Made by a program: the position numbers and the translations under genes
Source of the DNA: Candidatus Tenderia sp.
Lineage (GTDB): Bacteria > Pseudomonadota > Gammaproteobacteria > Tenderiales > Tenderiaceae
Length of the DNA stretch: 46,983 nucleotides
Direction of reading: 5' to 3'
Assembly: GCA_031416075.1 (NCBI GenBank)
Contig: JANOSY010000009.1
Location: 1 to 46,983 of the forward strand
Shown here: piece after piece, positions 9,414-19,194 of the stretch
Layout: every line of letters starts with the position of its first letter
How positions within the stretch are numbered: the stretch's first letter is position 1
Notes under the pieces: model-generated
Databases searched by the model: none
Seen by the model: the letters and a program-made list of their open reading frames with translations, nothing else
What the model was told of the DNA's origin: nothing

Positions 9414-11624
9414 ATGTTGCGTTTGACCGCACTGTTTGGTTTGTTGCTGCTGCCTGTTGTTGCGGGTGCTGCGTTGCATCATGACTTTCAGGTGACGGTG
9501 GAGTCGGGGGTTCAGCAGATTACGGTGGTGGATAGTATTGATTTGCCGGCGTCGGGCAGTTATGAGTTTTTGCTGAGTCAGGCATTTGATATTGATAAGG
9601 TTGAGGGGGGGACGGTGACGGCGCGCCCACGTCAGCCGCCCCCCCACGAACCGCCGGTGACGGGCCACAGTTTTGTATTGGATCAGCTCTTGCCTCAGCC
9701 GCAACGTGGAATCAGGCCTATTGATGGTAGCGGCTTGCGTTATGAAGATTATCCAGCCGGGGTGGTGATTTATCGTTTGCAGGCGCAGCAGTCTAAAGTG
9801 ACGTTGCATTATCGTGCCCGGCTTAAGCAGTTGCGTAATGATAAGGGAGGGGTTGTGTTGGGGTTTTCCGGTGATAACTCCCTGCCAGATGGCCTGTTTC
9901 TTGACCCGGCGGCGGCATGGTATCCACTATTGGGTGGGAGTGACGGGGGGTTGAGTTTTACTATGTCGGTGAGTGTGCCTGAGCAGTGGGCGGCGATTTC
10001 ACAGGGGCGACGGTTGTCTGAAGTGGTGGAGCGGGGGCGTAAGCAGGTGGTATGGCAGGAGCTGTTGCCGCAGCGGGGTATTTTTCTGATCGTTGGGCGT
10101 TATGTGAGTTATGCCGATGAGGCAAAAGGTGCCCAGGCACAGGTTTTTTTGCGTGAAGCTGATGATGGTTTGGCGAATGACTATTTGGCGCTGACACATC
10201 AATACATATCCTTTTACGAAAAATTGATTGGTGCCTATCCCTATTCGAAGTTTGCCTTGGTGGAGAGTTTTTGGGAGTCGGGTTTTGGTATGCCATCGTT
10301 CACTTTTCTTGGCCCGACGGTGATTCGTTTGCCCTTTATCCGCACAACGTCTTACCCCCATGAGGTGTTGCATAACTGGTGGGGTAATAGTGTTTATGTG
10401 GATTATAATTCGGGCAACTGGTCGGAGGGGTTGACCAGTTATCTGGCTGATTACCTGCTCGATGAACAGCGCGGCAATGGTGCCAACCATCGTCGTGAGG
10501 TGTTGCAGAAATACGCTGACTTTATTCGTGGCGATAACGATTTTGCATTGCGTCAGTTTACCTCCAGTGTGGAGGCGCAGGGGCAGGCGGTGGGGTATGG
10601 CAAGTCACAAATGCTGTTTCATATGTTGCGGCTTAAGCTGGGTGATGAGAAATTTATTGAGGCGTTGCGGCTTTTTTATCAGCAGTACAAGTTCAAAGTG
10701 GCCAGCTATGTGGATATCGAACGGGTTTTTTCTCAGGTATATGGTCAGAGTCTGGCGCTGTTTTTTGAGCAGTGGGTGCAGCGTCTGGGGGCACCGGAGC
10801 TGGCGATTGCTGAACCGCAGAGTCGGCAATTGGGGGCTGATGAAGGGGGTGGGTGGCGTATTGAGGGGGTATTGAAGCAGACGCAGTCGGGTATTCCTTA
10901 TTGGCTGGATGTACCACTTGCGGTCACTGTTGAGGGTGAGCAGACGGCACGTTATTTTACGGTGGCGATGGGTAGTAAGCGGCAACAGTTTGCTTTTGAT
11001 GTTAAGGCTAAGCCTTTGCGTATTGATGTGGATCCGGAGTTTGATCTGTTTCGCAGGCTCTCCAGCGAGGAGACCCCGCCTGTACTATCACAATCCTTTG
11101 GCGCAGAGCGAATGGTACTGGTGATGGCGGAGCGTGCCCCAGCGGCGTTGAAGCGGGCATGGCGGCAGTTGGCTAAAGAGTGGGGGGTGCCACTTAAAAG
11201 TGATAGTGATTTGAAGCAGTTGCCAGATGATCGTGCGGTCTGGTTATTGGGGTGGGATAACGATCTGTTGAACCAGATACAGCCCAGGCTTACCGATTAT
11301 GGTGCCATTGCGACGGAGACGTGGGCGATGTTGGCGGGCGAAAAATATCAGGCGGAGCGCGATTCAGTGGTGTTGGTCACCCATAATCCGGTGAATCCAC
11401 AACATTCGGTGGTTTGGTTTGCCAGTAATGCGGCTGATGCCGTGGCGCGTTATGGCCAGCGCTTACCGCATTATCGTAAGTACAGTTACCTGGTGTTTGA
11501 TGGCGAGCATAAAAATGTGCTCAAGGGGCAGTGGTCTCTCTCTCGCTCACCATTGAATGTGATACTGGAACCGGAGAGTACTGTGAAGGTGGTCTATCCA
11601 ACACGTTCCCCATTGGTTGAGTAA
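9414..11624 (+). CDS. Secreted M1-family zinc aminopeptidase
   Basis: Signal-peptide-like N-terminus, GFGMPS, and HEVLH-x18-E (HEVLHNWWGNSVYVDYNSGNWSEG). Confidence 0.88.
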   Translation: MLRLTALFGLLLLPVVAGAALHHDFQVTVESGVQQITVVDSIDLPASGSYEFLLSQAFDIDKVEGGTVTARPRQPPPHEPPVTGHSFVLDQLLPQPQRGIRPIDGSGLRYEDYPAGVVIYRLQAQQSKVTLHYRARLKQLRNDKGGVVLGFSGDNSLPDGLFLDPAAAWYPLLGGSDGGLSFTMSVSVPEQWAAISQGRRLSEVVERGRKQVVWQELLPQRGIFLIVGRYVSYADEAKGAQAQVFLREADDGLANDYLALTHQYISFYEKLIGAYPYSKFALVESFWESGFGMPSFTFLGPTVIRLPFIRTTSYPHEVLHNWWGNSVYVDYNSGNWSEGLTSYLADYLLDEQRGNGANHRREVLQKYADFIRGDNDFALRQFTSSVEAQGQAVGYGKSQMLFHMLRLKLGDEKFIEALRLFYQQYKFKVASYVDIERVFSQVYGQSLALFFEQWVQRLGAPELAIAEPQSRQLGADEGGGWRIEGVLKQTQSGIPYWLDVPLAVTVEGEQTARYFTVAMGSKRQQFAFDVKAKPLRIDVDPEFDLFRRLSSEETPPVLSQSFGAERMVLVMAERAPAALKRAWRQLAKEWGVPLKSDSDLKQLPDDRAVWLLGWDNDLLNQIQPRLTDYGAIATETWAMLAGEKYQAERDSVVLVTHNPVNPQHSVVWFASNAADAVARYGQRLPHYRKYSYLVFDGEHKNVLKGQWSLSRSPLNVILEPESTVKVVYPTRSPLVE

Positions 11625-11692
11625 GTTTGTGAGGAGCGCTCTAGGACGGTATCATTGGCACCCCATGAGTATGGTTGTTGAGTGAGGTTGCA

Positions 11693-12751
11693 GTGAGTAG
11701 ATACTGGAGTGAGTTGACCAGAGGGCTGGTGCCTTATGTGCCGGGTGAGCAACCCAAGATTCAGAATCTGATTAAGCTCAATACTAACGAGAACCCATAC
11801 CCACCTTCGCCCAAGGTGGTGGCGGCGATTGATGCGTTTGATAAAGCGCGGTTACGGCTTTACCCTGATCCCAACAGCGATATAGTGAAGTCGGCGCTGG
11901 CAGAATATTACGGTGTTGCTCACCAGCAGGTCTTTGTGGGTAACGGTTCTGATGAGGTATTGGGTTTCGCCTTTATGGCCTTTTTTAAGCAGGCCAAGCC
12001 GATTCTCTTTCCCGATATCAGTTACAGCTTTTACCCGGTCTACTGTGACCTGTTTGAGATTAAGTCGCAACGGCCAGCTCTAAGTGAGCGGTTTGAGATT
12101 CTGCTGGATGAGTACAGCAGTGATAATGGCGGCATTGTCTTTCCCAACCCCAATGCCCCCACGGGGCGGCTTGTCACTCTTGAAACCATTCGTGCATTGT
12201 TGCAACGTAATACAGAGTCAGTGGTGGTGATCGATGAGGCCTATATCGATTTTGGTGGTGAGTCAGCCATCCCGCTGGTACATGAGTTTCCTAACCTGCT
12301 GGTTGTGCATACCTTGTCAAAGTCGCGCAGTCTTGCGGGTGCTCGAGTTGGGTTTGCTATCGGCCATGCTGATCTGATTGAAGGGTTGGAGCGGGTGAAA
12401 AACTCCTTTAACTCCTACCCGCTCGATATGCTTGCGATGCAGGGCGCTGTGGCCGCTGTGCAGGATGTTGAGTACTTTGATGCTACACGGCAGAAGATTA
12501 TTGCTTCGCGTGAGTGGACAGTGGCTGAACTGGAACAGCTGGGTTTTGAGACTGTACCTTCCAGTGCTAACTTTATTTTTACCACCCATCCCCGCCATGA
12601 TACCGCGGGGATATTTGCGGCGTTACGGGAGAAGAGGGTGCTGGTGCGCTATTTTAATAAACCCCGTATCAGCCAGCATCTGCGGATCACCATCGGTACA
12701 CAGCAGGAGTGTGAGGCGTTACTGGCGGCGTTAAAAGAGATTCTGGTTTAA
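11693..12751 (+). CDS. hisC: Histidinol-phosphate aminotransferase
   Basis: [34 protein letters not shown] and the PLP-lysine motif [17 protein letters not shown] start after GAGG. Confidence 0.95.
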   Translation: MSRYWSELTRGLVPYVPGEQPKIQNLIKLNTNENPYPPSPKVVAAIDAFDKARLRLYPDPNSDIVKSALAEYYGVAHQQVFVGNGSDEVLGFAFMAFFKQAKPILFPDISYSFYPVYCDLFEIKSQRPALSERFEILLDEYSSDNGGIVFPNPNAPTGRLVTLETIRALLQRNTESVVVIDEAYIDFGGESAIPLVHEFPNLLVVHTLSKSRSLAGARVGFAIGHADLIEGLERVKNSFNSYPLDMLAMQGAVAAVQDVEYFDATRQKIIASREWTVAELEQLGFETVPSSANFIFTTHPRHDTAGIFAALREKRVLVRYFNKPRISQHLRITIGTQQECEALLAALKEILV

Positions 12752-12817
12752 ACAGACGCCCCTTTGAGATCTGCTTAAATGTGAAAACGATATTTATTTA
12801 ATAAGGAAACAACAGCC

Positions 12818-14014
12818 ATGATCATTGAGCCAAAGACCCGTGGGTTTATCTGTACCACCGCTCACCCGGTGGGGTGTGCCGCCAATGTTGCAGAACAGAT
12901 TAACAAGGTAAAGGCTGGGGGCACTATTGTTAATGGTCCCAAAAACGTATTGGTGATCGGTGCCTCTACCGGCTACGGTCTGGCATCACGTATTACCGCA
13001 GCCTTTGGCGCGGGTGCGGCAACCATTGGTGTGTTTTTGGAGAAGCCTGCGACAGATAAAAAATCGGGTTCAGCCGGTTGGTATAACTCTGCCGCTTTTG
13101 AGCAGAGGGCTCACGATGCCGGACTCTATGCCAGGAGTGTTAATGGTGATGCCTTCTCCAATGAGGTGCGCGCCAAGGTCATTGAGATGATAAAGGCGGA
13201 CCTGGGCAAGATCGATCTGGTGGTCTACTCACTTGCTTCTCCCGTACGCAAAATGCCCGAGAGTGGTGAAGTGGTGCGTTCAGTGCTCAAGCCGATTGGT
13301 GATGTCTATCGTGCTATTGCGATTGACACTAACAAAGATCAGATTATTAACGCTGAAATTCCACCTGCCACAGAAGAGGAGATTGCCAATACGGTGACAG
13401 TGATGGGCGGGGAGGATTGGGAGCTGTGGATGGGCGCGCTGTTAGACGCCGGAGTGCTGGCGGAGGGTGTAAAGACCGTTTCGTACAGTTATATTGGCAC
13501 CGAAATTACCTGGCCGATCTACTGGCATGGTGCGCTGGGCAAGGCAAAAGAGGATATGGACCGTGCCGCAGCTGCTATCCGCAAGTCGCTCGCACCGTTA
13601 AACGGCAGCGCCAATGTGGCGGTATTGAAGAGTGTGGTGACACAGGCATCGGCGGCGATACCGGTCATGCCGCTCTACATCTCAATCTGCTTCAAAGTGA
13701 TGAAACAGAAAAATATTCATGAAGGGTGCCTGGAACAGATCGACCGTCTGTTCCGTAGCAGCCTCTACGCGACAGGCAATGCCATGCTGGATGAACAGCA
13801 GCGGATTCGTATGGACGACTGGGAGCTGCGTGATGAGGTGCAAAACAGCGTGAAGCAGCTGTGGCCAACCGTGACCACAGAAAACCTGTTTGAGTTGACC
13901 GACTATCAAGGTTATAAAAATGAGTTTCTGAAACTGTTTGGTTTTGGTTTCAGTGATATCAATTACCAGGCCGATGTGGATACTCTGGTGGCGTTTGAGC
14001 CGGTTACCCTCTGA
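12818..14014 (+). CDS. fabV: Enoyl-ACP reductase / trans-2-enoyl-CoA reductase FabV
   Basis: [40 protein letters not shown] and C-terminal LFGF. Confidence 0.96.
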   Translation: MIIEPKTRGFICTTAHPVGCAANVAEQINKVKAGGTIVNGPKNVLVIGASTGYGLASRITAAFGAGAATIGVFLEKPATDKKSGSAGWYNSAAFEQRAHDAGLYARSVNGDAFSNEVRAKVIEMIKADLGKIDLVVYSLASPVRKMPESGEVVRSVLKPIGDVYRAIAIDTNKDQIINAEIPPATEEEIANTVTVMGGEDWELWMGALLDAGVLAEGVKTVSYSYIGTEITWPIYWHGALGKAKEDMDRAAAAIRKSLAPLNGSANVAVLKSVVTQASAAIPVMPLYISICFKVMKQKNIHEGCLEQIDRLFRSSLYATGNAMLDEQQRIRMDDWELRDEVQNSVKQLWPTVTTENLFELTDYQGYKNEFLKLFGFGFSDINYQADVDTLVAFEPVTL

Positions 14015-14083
14015 GTTGGTTATGTAGAAGCGTAGGTTCAACCCGTTACTACCACCGATTGAATCTGCGCTGTTTGCGTAACC

Positions 14084-14090
14084 GATTAGG
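14084..14090. repeat. Left target-site duplication GATTAGG
   Basis: An identical 7-mer lies immediately outside the right terminal repeat (19195-19201). Confidence 0.88.
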
Positions 14091-14126
14091 TGTAGTAGTT
14101 CAGACTTGATATGACAGATGGTGTCA
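14091..14126 (+). repeat. Left terminal inverted repeat
   Basis: Pairs with 19159-19194. Confidence 0.9.
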
Positions 14127-14177
14127 GATGTTTTTTGTCACAAATGAGTGAATCCAACCTATTCGAGATAGGACAGG

Positions 14178-14202
14178 TGGCTGTTGTTGACCCGAAGCGG
14201 AC
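14178..14202. other. Putative left hybrid recombination site (TGGCTGTTGT-TGACCC-GAAGCGGAC)
   Basis: GAAGCGGAC (14194-14202) is the exact reverse complement of GTCCGCTTC (19125-19133) at the other end of avs4. Confidence 0.55.
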
Positions 14203-14273
14203 TTTATTCTTCAGCCCAATATAAACCTGTTTTTCGCAGCCAAGGGTAACAAACATACCTAGAGAAAGATTAA

Positions 14274-17200
14274 GTGATTAAGCCAAACTGGGATAATTTT
14301 AAAGCTAAGTTCAACGAAAATCCTCAAATGAATTTTGAGTGGTTATGCTACTCGCTGTTCTGCCAAGAATTCAAAATTCCCGCTGGTATTTTTAGATATA
14401 AAAATCAGTCTGGACTAGAGACCAATCCGATTACTACGGAGGATGAAGTAATCGGTTGGCAAGCAAAATTCTATGACACGAAGTTGTCGGATAATAAGGC
14501 TGACCTGATAGGAATGATTGAAAAAAGCAAGAATGCTTATTCAAGTTTGACCAAGATCATCTTCTACACCAATCAGGAGTGGGGGCAGGGAAAGAAGGTC
14601 AGAGATTCTAAGGCCAAAAAAGAAACTGATCAAAAAGCAAAAGGTAGCGAGAGTAGTAACGATTCCAAAATCAAGAAGGAAGTCGACCAGAAAGCGAAGG
14701 AATCCGGCATTGAAATAGTATGGAGAGGGGCTAGTTTTTTCGAATCGCCGCTTGTAACGGTCGAGAATGAAAATATCGCAAAGCACTTCTTCTGCCCTGA
14801 TAAAAGCATCTTTGACTTACTGGAAGAGAAGCAGAGACACGCGGAGAATGTGTTGCATGAAATTCAAACCGATATGGATTTCAACGACAAAAAGATTGAG
14901 ATAGACAGATATGATCTCTTGGATCGCCTACGTGAAAACTTGGATAAAAAACAGATTCTCATCGTAAGCGGTGTAGGGGGCGTTGGGAAAACAGCGGTTA
15001 TCAAGAAATTTCGTGAAAAAGAGGAAGGCAGTATTCCTTTTTATGTCTTTAAGGCTAGCGAATTCAACATGGATAGCATTAATGACCTGTTTAAGGAATA
15101 TAGCTTAGAGAGTTTTTCAGATGCTCACCGAGAGGAAACACACAAGGTCGTTGTCGTTGATTCCGCTGAAAAACTATTGGACTTGACCAACACCGATCCT
15201 TTCAAGGAATTCCTAACGGTTTTACTAAAAGATAATTGGAAGATCATTTTCACCACTCGAAACAACTATTTGGCAGACTTGATTTATGATTTTATTGATA
15301 TCTATAAGATTAGGCCGGGCAATTTCGGCATAAGCAATTTAGATCAGAAAGAGTTGGCGGCAATAGCACATACCAATGGTTTCAACCTTCCGGAAGACGT
15401 TAAGTTGTTGGAGCTAATCACGAATCCTTTTTATCTGAGCGAATATCTGAGGTTCTATACAAGTGAGACTATCGACTATGTGAACTTCAAAGAGAAGCTG
15501 TGGAGTAGGATAATCGTCAAAACGAACCCAGCTAGGGAACAATGTTTCTTAGCAACCGCTTTTCAGAGGGCCAGTGAGGGCCAATTTTTTGTCATCCCGG
15601 CCTGTAATGCGCAAAATTTAGATACATTAGTCAAGGACGGAGTTCTGGGTTATGAGACAGCCGGCTACTTTATTACGCATGACATTTATGAGGAATGGGC
15701 ATTAGAAAAGAAGATTGCCGTCGATTACATGCGCAAGGCGAACAACAAAGAGTTCTTCGAACTGATCGGTGAGTCGCTACCGATCCGCCGCAGTTTCCGG
15801 ACTTGGGTATCAGAACGTTTGCTGTTGGATGACCAGTCCATAAGGCAATTTAGTGCGGAAATTGTCCAGGGAGATGACATCTCCAAATTTTGGAAAGACG
15901 AGCTATGGATATCTGTCCTGCTTTCCGATCATTCAGGGACATTTTTTGAATTGTTCAAGGGAGATCTGCTTGACAACGATCAGAAGTTATTAAAAAGACT
16001 GACATTCCTGCTGCGACTGGCTTGCATGGAAGTTGACTACGACATCCTCAAACGATTAGGAGTCAGCGACTCGAATCTGCTTTCCATCAAATACGTGCTG
16101 ACCAAGCCAAAGGGAATGGGCTGGCAGAGCGCGATCCGTTTCATCTATGACAATCTAGACGGGATAGGTGTAAAAAATATCCACTTCGTACTGCCGGTGA
16201 TCCATGAATGGAACCAGAAGGTCAAAAAGGGAGAGACGACTCGATTATCTAGCCTGATAGCTCTCAAGTATTATCAATGGACCATTGAAGAGGATGTCTA
16301 TTTGTCTCGTGGAGACGATAAAGAAAATCTTTTGCAAACGATCCTCCATGGGGCTGCCATGATTAAACCTGAATTTGAGGGGGTTTTCGGAGAGGTTTTG
16401 AAAAACAGATGGAACAACCATCGAGCCCCCTATTACGATTTGATGAAAGCAATCCTGACCGACATGGATGCTCAGCCTGTCTGGATAACTCTTCCTGAAT
16501 ATGTCTTACAGGTGGCCGATCTGTTCTGGTATCGTCCGCCTCAAGAAAAAGGAGATCGTTACAGCCGGATGGATGTCGAAGATGAGTTCGGTCTCAGTAA
16601 ATCCCATCACGATTACTTCCCCGAAAGTCCGTATCAGACCCCCATCTATTGGCTACTACAGTCAGAGCTAAAAAAAACCATTGATTTCATTCTAGATTTT
16701 ACGAATAAGACAACAAAATGTTTTGCTCACTCGCGCTTTGCGAAAAATGAAATTGAAGAGGTTGACGTATTTATCGAAGAGGGTAAGTTTGTCAAACAAT
16801 ATATATGCAACCGGCTATGGTGTTCGTATCGAGGAACACAGGTTTCCACCCATCTGCTTTCGTCTATTCACATGGCCTTAGAAAAGTTTTTCCTTGAGCA
16901 CTGGAAAGATGTGGATTCTAAAATATTGGAAAGTTGGCTTCTCTATCTACTGCGTAATTCCAAATCAGCCTCCATTTCAGCGGTGGTGACGAGTATTGTC
17001 ATGGCCTACTCGGAGAAGACGTTCAATGTCGCTAAAGTACTTTTCCAAACAAAAGATTTCTTCGTTTTTGACATGAATAGATTGATTCTCGACCAATCGC
17101 AAAAGAGCTCACTTATCTCATTGAGGGATGGTTTCGGAGGTCCAAGTTACAATAATGATCTCCATGAAGAAGACAGAATAAAGGCTTGTGATGATCCGCA

Positions 17201-19037
17201 CAGAAAGAATTGTCTTGAGCACCTTGCTTTGAGTTACCAGTTTTTCAAAAGCGAAGGTGTAAGTGAGGAAGATGTTAAGGAAAGACAGCAGGCGCTCTGG
17301 GATATCTTTGACACATACTACAGTCAGCTACCGGATGAGGCCCAAGAGACTAAGGCTGACAAGACGTGGAGGTTCTTCTTGGCTCGGATGGACCGGCGGA
17401 AGATGAAGGTTACCACTGAAGAGAAAGAAGGGGGGATCGAGATATCTTTCAATCCTGAAATTGATCCTAAACTCAAGGAGTACAGCGAAGCGGCCCTCAA
17501 GAAGAGTTTTGAGCCGATGAGATACACTTCGCTGAAGTTATGGGCAAGCTATAAAAAGGACAAAGACGAACGCTACAAGCAGTATGGACAGTACGAGAAC
17601 AACCTTCAACTTGTTTTAAAAGAAACCAAGGAAATAATAGACAGGTTTAATGAGGGTGCAGATGAAAGTTTCCGTCTTTTCAATGGTGCTATACCAGCAG
17701 ATGTTTGCTCCATTTTGCTCATAGAGCATTTCAACCAGCTCTCCGAAGAAGAGAGGGACTACTGTAAAGATATCATCTTGGAGTATTCGCAGATTCCCCT
17801 GAAGCCTCATTACCGATACCAGATATCAGACGGAACTACGTCGGCTATTTCAGCCCTGCCAGTAGTGTTCAAGAACTATCCAATGGATAGGGAAATCGTC
17901 AAAGTAATTTTACTCCTAACCCTGTTTGATGATTACCCTGTCGGCATGGGAGGAGGCAGTTACTCCGTCTTTCCCAGCATGGCGATTCATAAATTATGGG
18001 ACGACCATTTTGATGATATGCAGTCTCTGCTAATTGGATATTTGATGTTTAAGCCAAAATACGAAGGGTTGAGGGAAAAACTACGTCAGGAGAGCTACGA
18101 AAAAGGAGTCTATGAGATTGACGAACAAAAGTTCAACGAGAATTTCTTCAATGAATATGAGCAAGGCCTGCAAAAGATCATCGAGAATACAATCTCCATA
18201 AATGATTTAAAGGATATGGAGCATACTGATCTATATATCTTAAACACGGGCTTTCAGTTGATTCCCATGAAGACGTCTAATGCTGTACATAAACAGCTGA
18301 TGTTGTCCATAGTCGCCATTTTTTCAACCAATCTATTATCCCGTGACGGGGAAGATAAAGTTGATTACTCCGTCCGCCATGCCTTCTTGGAGAAATTAGC
18401 TTATTCTGTACTAAATGCTTCCGAGCAGGATATTCCCGATTATTTGAAACCGTTTCTTGATGGTTTCAACGGTTCAGAGTCGATCGCGGATTTGTTCGAG
18501 AAATTTATTTCGGCTGAAGATCGATTGGATACTTATGATAAGTTCTGGCAAGTCTGGAGCTTATTTTTCGAGAAGATGGTTGCCCAGGGCAAGGATGGGG
18601 ATGGGCGCTGGTATACGGGAAAGATCATCAAGAGTTATCTGTTTGCGCAAAGCCCTTGGAAAGAAACAGCCACCGATTGGCACTCATTCAAAGATAGCAA
18701 CAGCCGTTTCTTCGCTGAAGTCGCCAAGAATATAGGTCATTGCCCCTCAACTTTGTATTCTCTGGCCAAATCTTTGAATAACGTAGCCAGTCGGTATCTT
18801 AATCCCGGCATAGCGTGGCTTTCTGGAATGTTGGCTTGTAACAAAGAATTATGGACAGCCAAACTGGAAGCCGACACTATTTATTACCTCGAAAGTCTGG
18901 TCAGGAAGTACATCTACAAAGAGCGTGAAAGAATTCGAAGGACAAAACAGTTGAAAGAAGAGGTCTTAGTAATATTGGAGTTCTTGGTTGAGAAAGGATC
19001 GGTTGTGGGTTATATGTCACGGGAGAATATTCTGTGA
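14274..19037 (+). CDS. avs4: AVAST type 4 anti-phage protein Avs4 (Mrr-like nuclease, STAND ATPase, helical/TPR sensor)
   Basis: 1587 aa. The N-terminus MIKPNWDNFKAKFNENPQ..FEWLCY..FRYKNQSGLET..IGWQAKFY matches E. coli Avs4 as I recall it (E49, Q63-x-K65). Walker A GVGGVGKT, Walker B VVVVDSAE, C-terminus GSVVGYMSRENIL. AT-richer than the flanks. Confidence 0.93.
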   Translation: MIKPNWDNFKAKFNENPQMNFEWLCYSLFCQEFKIPAGIFRYKNQSGLETNPITTEDEVIGWQAKFYDTKLSDNKADLIGMIEKSKNAYSSLTKIIFYTNQEWGQGKKVRDSKAKKETDQKAKGSESSNDSKIKKEVDQKAKESGIEIVWRGASFFESPLVTVENENIAKHFFCPDKSIFDLLEEKQRHAENVLHEIQTDMDFNDKKIEIDRYDLLDRLRENLDKKQILIVSGVGGVGKTAVIKKFREKEEGSIPFYVFKASEFNMDSINDLFKEYSLESFSDAHREETHKVVVVDSAEKLLDLTNTDPFKEFLTVLLKDNWKIIFTTRNNYLADLIYDFIDIYKIRPGNFGISNLDQKELAAIAHTNGFNLPEDVKLLELITNPFYLSEYLRFYTSETIDYVNFKEKLWSRIIVKTNPAREQCFLATAFQRASEGQFFVIPACNAQNLDTLVKDGVLGYETAGYFITHDIYEEWALEKKIAVDYMRKANNKEFFELIGESLPIRRSFRTWVSERLLLDDQSIRQFSAEIVQGDDISKFWKDELWISVLLSDHSGTFFELFKGDLLDNDQKLLKRLTFLLRLACMEVDYDILKRLGVSDSNLLSIKYVLTKPKGMGWQSAIRFIYDNLDGIGVKNIHFVLPVIHEWNQKVKKGETTRLSSLIALKYYQWTIEEDVYLSRGDDKENLLQTILHGAAMIKPEFEGVFGEVLKNRWNNHRAPYYDLMKAILTDMDAQPVWITLPEYVLQVADLFWYRPPQEKGDRYSRMDVEDEFGLSKSHHDYFPESPYQTPIYWLLQSELKKTIDFILDFTNKTTKCFAHSRFAKNEIEEVDVFIEEGKFVKQYICNRLWCSYRGTQVSTHLLSSIHMALEKFFLEHWKDVDSKILESWLLYLLRNSKSASISAVVTSIVMAYSEKTFNVAKVLFQTKDFFVFDMNRLILDQSQKSSLISLRDGFGGPSYNNDLHEEDRIKACDDPHRKNCLEHLALSYQFFKSEGVSEEDVKERQQALWDIFDTYYSQLPDEAQETKADKTWRFFLARMDRRKMKVTTEEKEGGIEISFNPEIDPKLKEYSEAALKKSFEPMRYTSLKLWASYKKDKDERYKQYGQYENNLQLVLKETKEIIDRFNEGADESFRLFNGAIPADVCSILLIEHFNQLSEEERDYCKDIILEYSQIPLKPHYRYQISDGTTSAISALPVVFKNYPMDREIVKVILLLTLFDDYPVGMGGGSYSVFPSMAIHKLWDDHFDDMQSLLIGYLMFKPKYEGLREKLRQESYEKGVYEIDEQKFNENFFNEYEQGLQKIIENTISINDLKDMEHTDLYILNTGFQLIPMKTSNAVHKQLMLSIVAIFSTNLLSRDGEDKVDYSVRHAFLEKLAYSVLNASEQDIPDYLKPFLDGFNGSESIADLFEKFISAEDRLDTYDKFWQVWSLFFEKMVAQGKDGDGRWYTGKIIKSYLFAQSPWKETATDWHSFKDSNSRFFAEVAKNIGHCPSTLYSLAKSLNNVASRYLNPGIAWLSGMLACNKELWTAKLEADTIYYLESLVRKYIYKERERIRRTKQLKEEVLVILEFLVEKGSVVGYMSRENIL

Positions 19038-19124
19038 TGCTAAGAATCAGCAGTATCCCACGAACAAGCACCATCAAAATAAAATGGAGGCAATAGTGGC
19101 ATTAATCTTCAGTTTATGTTGAAT

Positions 19125-19149
19125 GTCCGCTTCTGGCCGTACCCCGCCA
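19125..19149. other. Putative right hybrid recombination site (GTCCGCTTC-TGGCCG-TACCCCGCCA)
   Basis: The inner arm is complementary to 14194-14202. The 6-bp spacer TGGCCG resembles TGACCC, and the outer arm ends GCCA, complementary to TGGC at 14178. Confidence 0.55.
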
Positions 19150-19158
19150 TTCGAGATA

Positions 19159-19194
19159 TGACACAGCCTGTCAGGTCAAGTCTTAACTACTACA
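19159..19194 (-). repeat. Right terminal inverted repeat
   Basis: TGACACAGCCTGTCAGGTCAAGTCTTAACTACTACA, the inverted copy of 14091-14126. Confidence 0.9.

Larger units (their letters stand above)
14091..19194. mobile_element. Non-autonomous TIR element (ends probably IS481-family-like) carrying avs4, with no transposase
   Basis: Left end TGTAGTAGTTCAGACTTGATATGACAGATGGTGTCA versus reverse-complemented right end TGTAGTAGTTAAGACTTGACCTGACAGGCTGTGTCA: 30 of 36 identical. TGT...ACA termini and an exact 7-bp flanking direct repeat. The family assignment is from memory. Confidence 0.88.

Noticed and set aside
14023-14049. TGTAGAAGCGTAGGTTCAACCCGTTAC as a decayed extra TIR copy
   Set aside because: Only about 15 of 27 positions match, and it has no partner or TSD.
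14178-19149. Integron attC cassette or Xer/dif module around avs4
   Set aside because: There are no RYYYAAC/GTTRRRY cores forming an attC hairpin and no XerC/XerD consensus arms.
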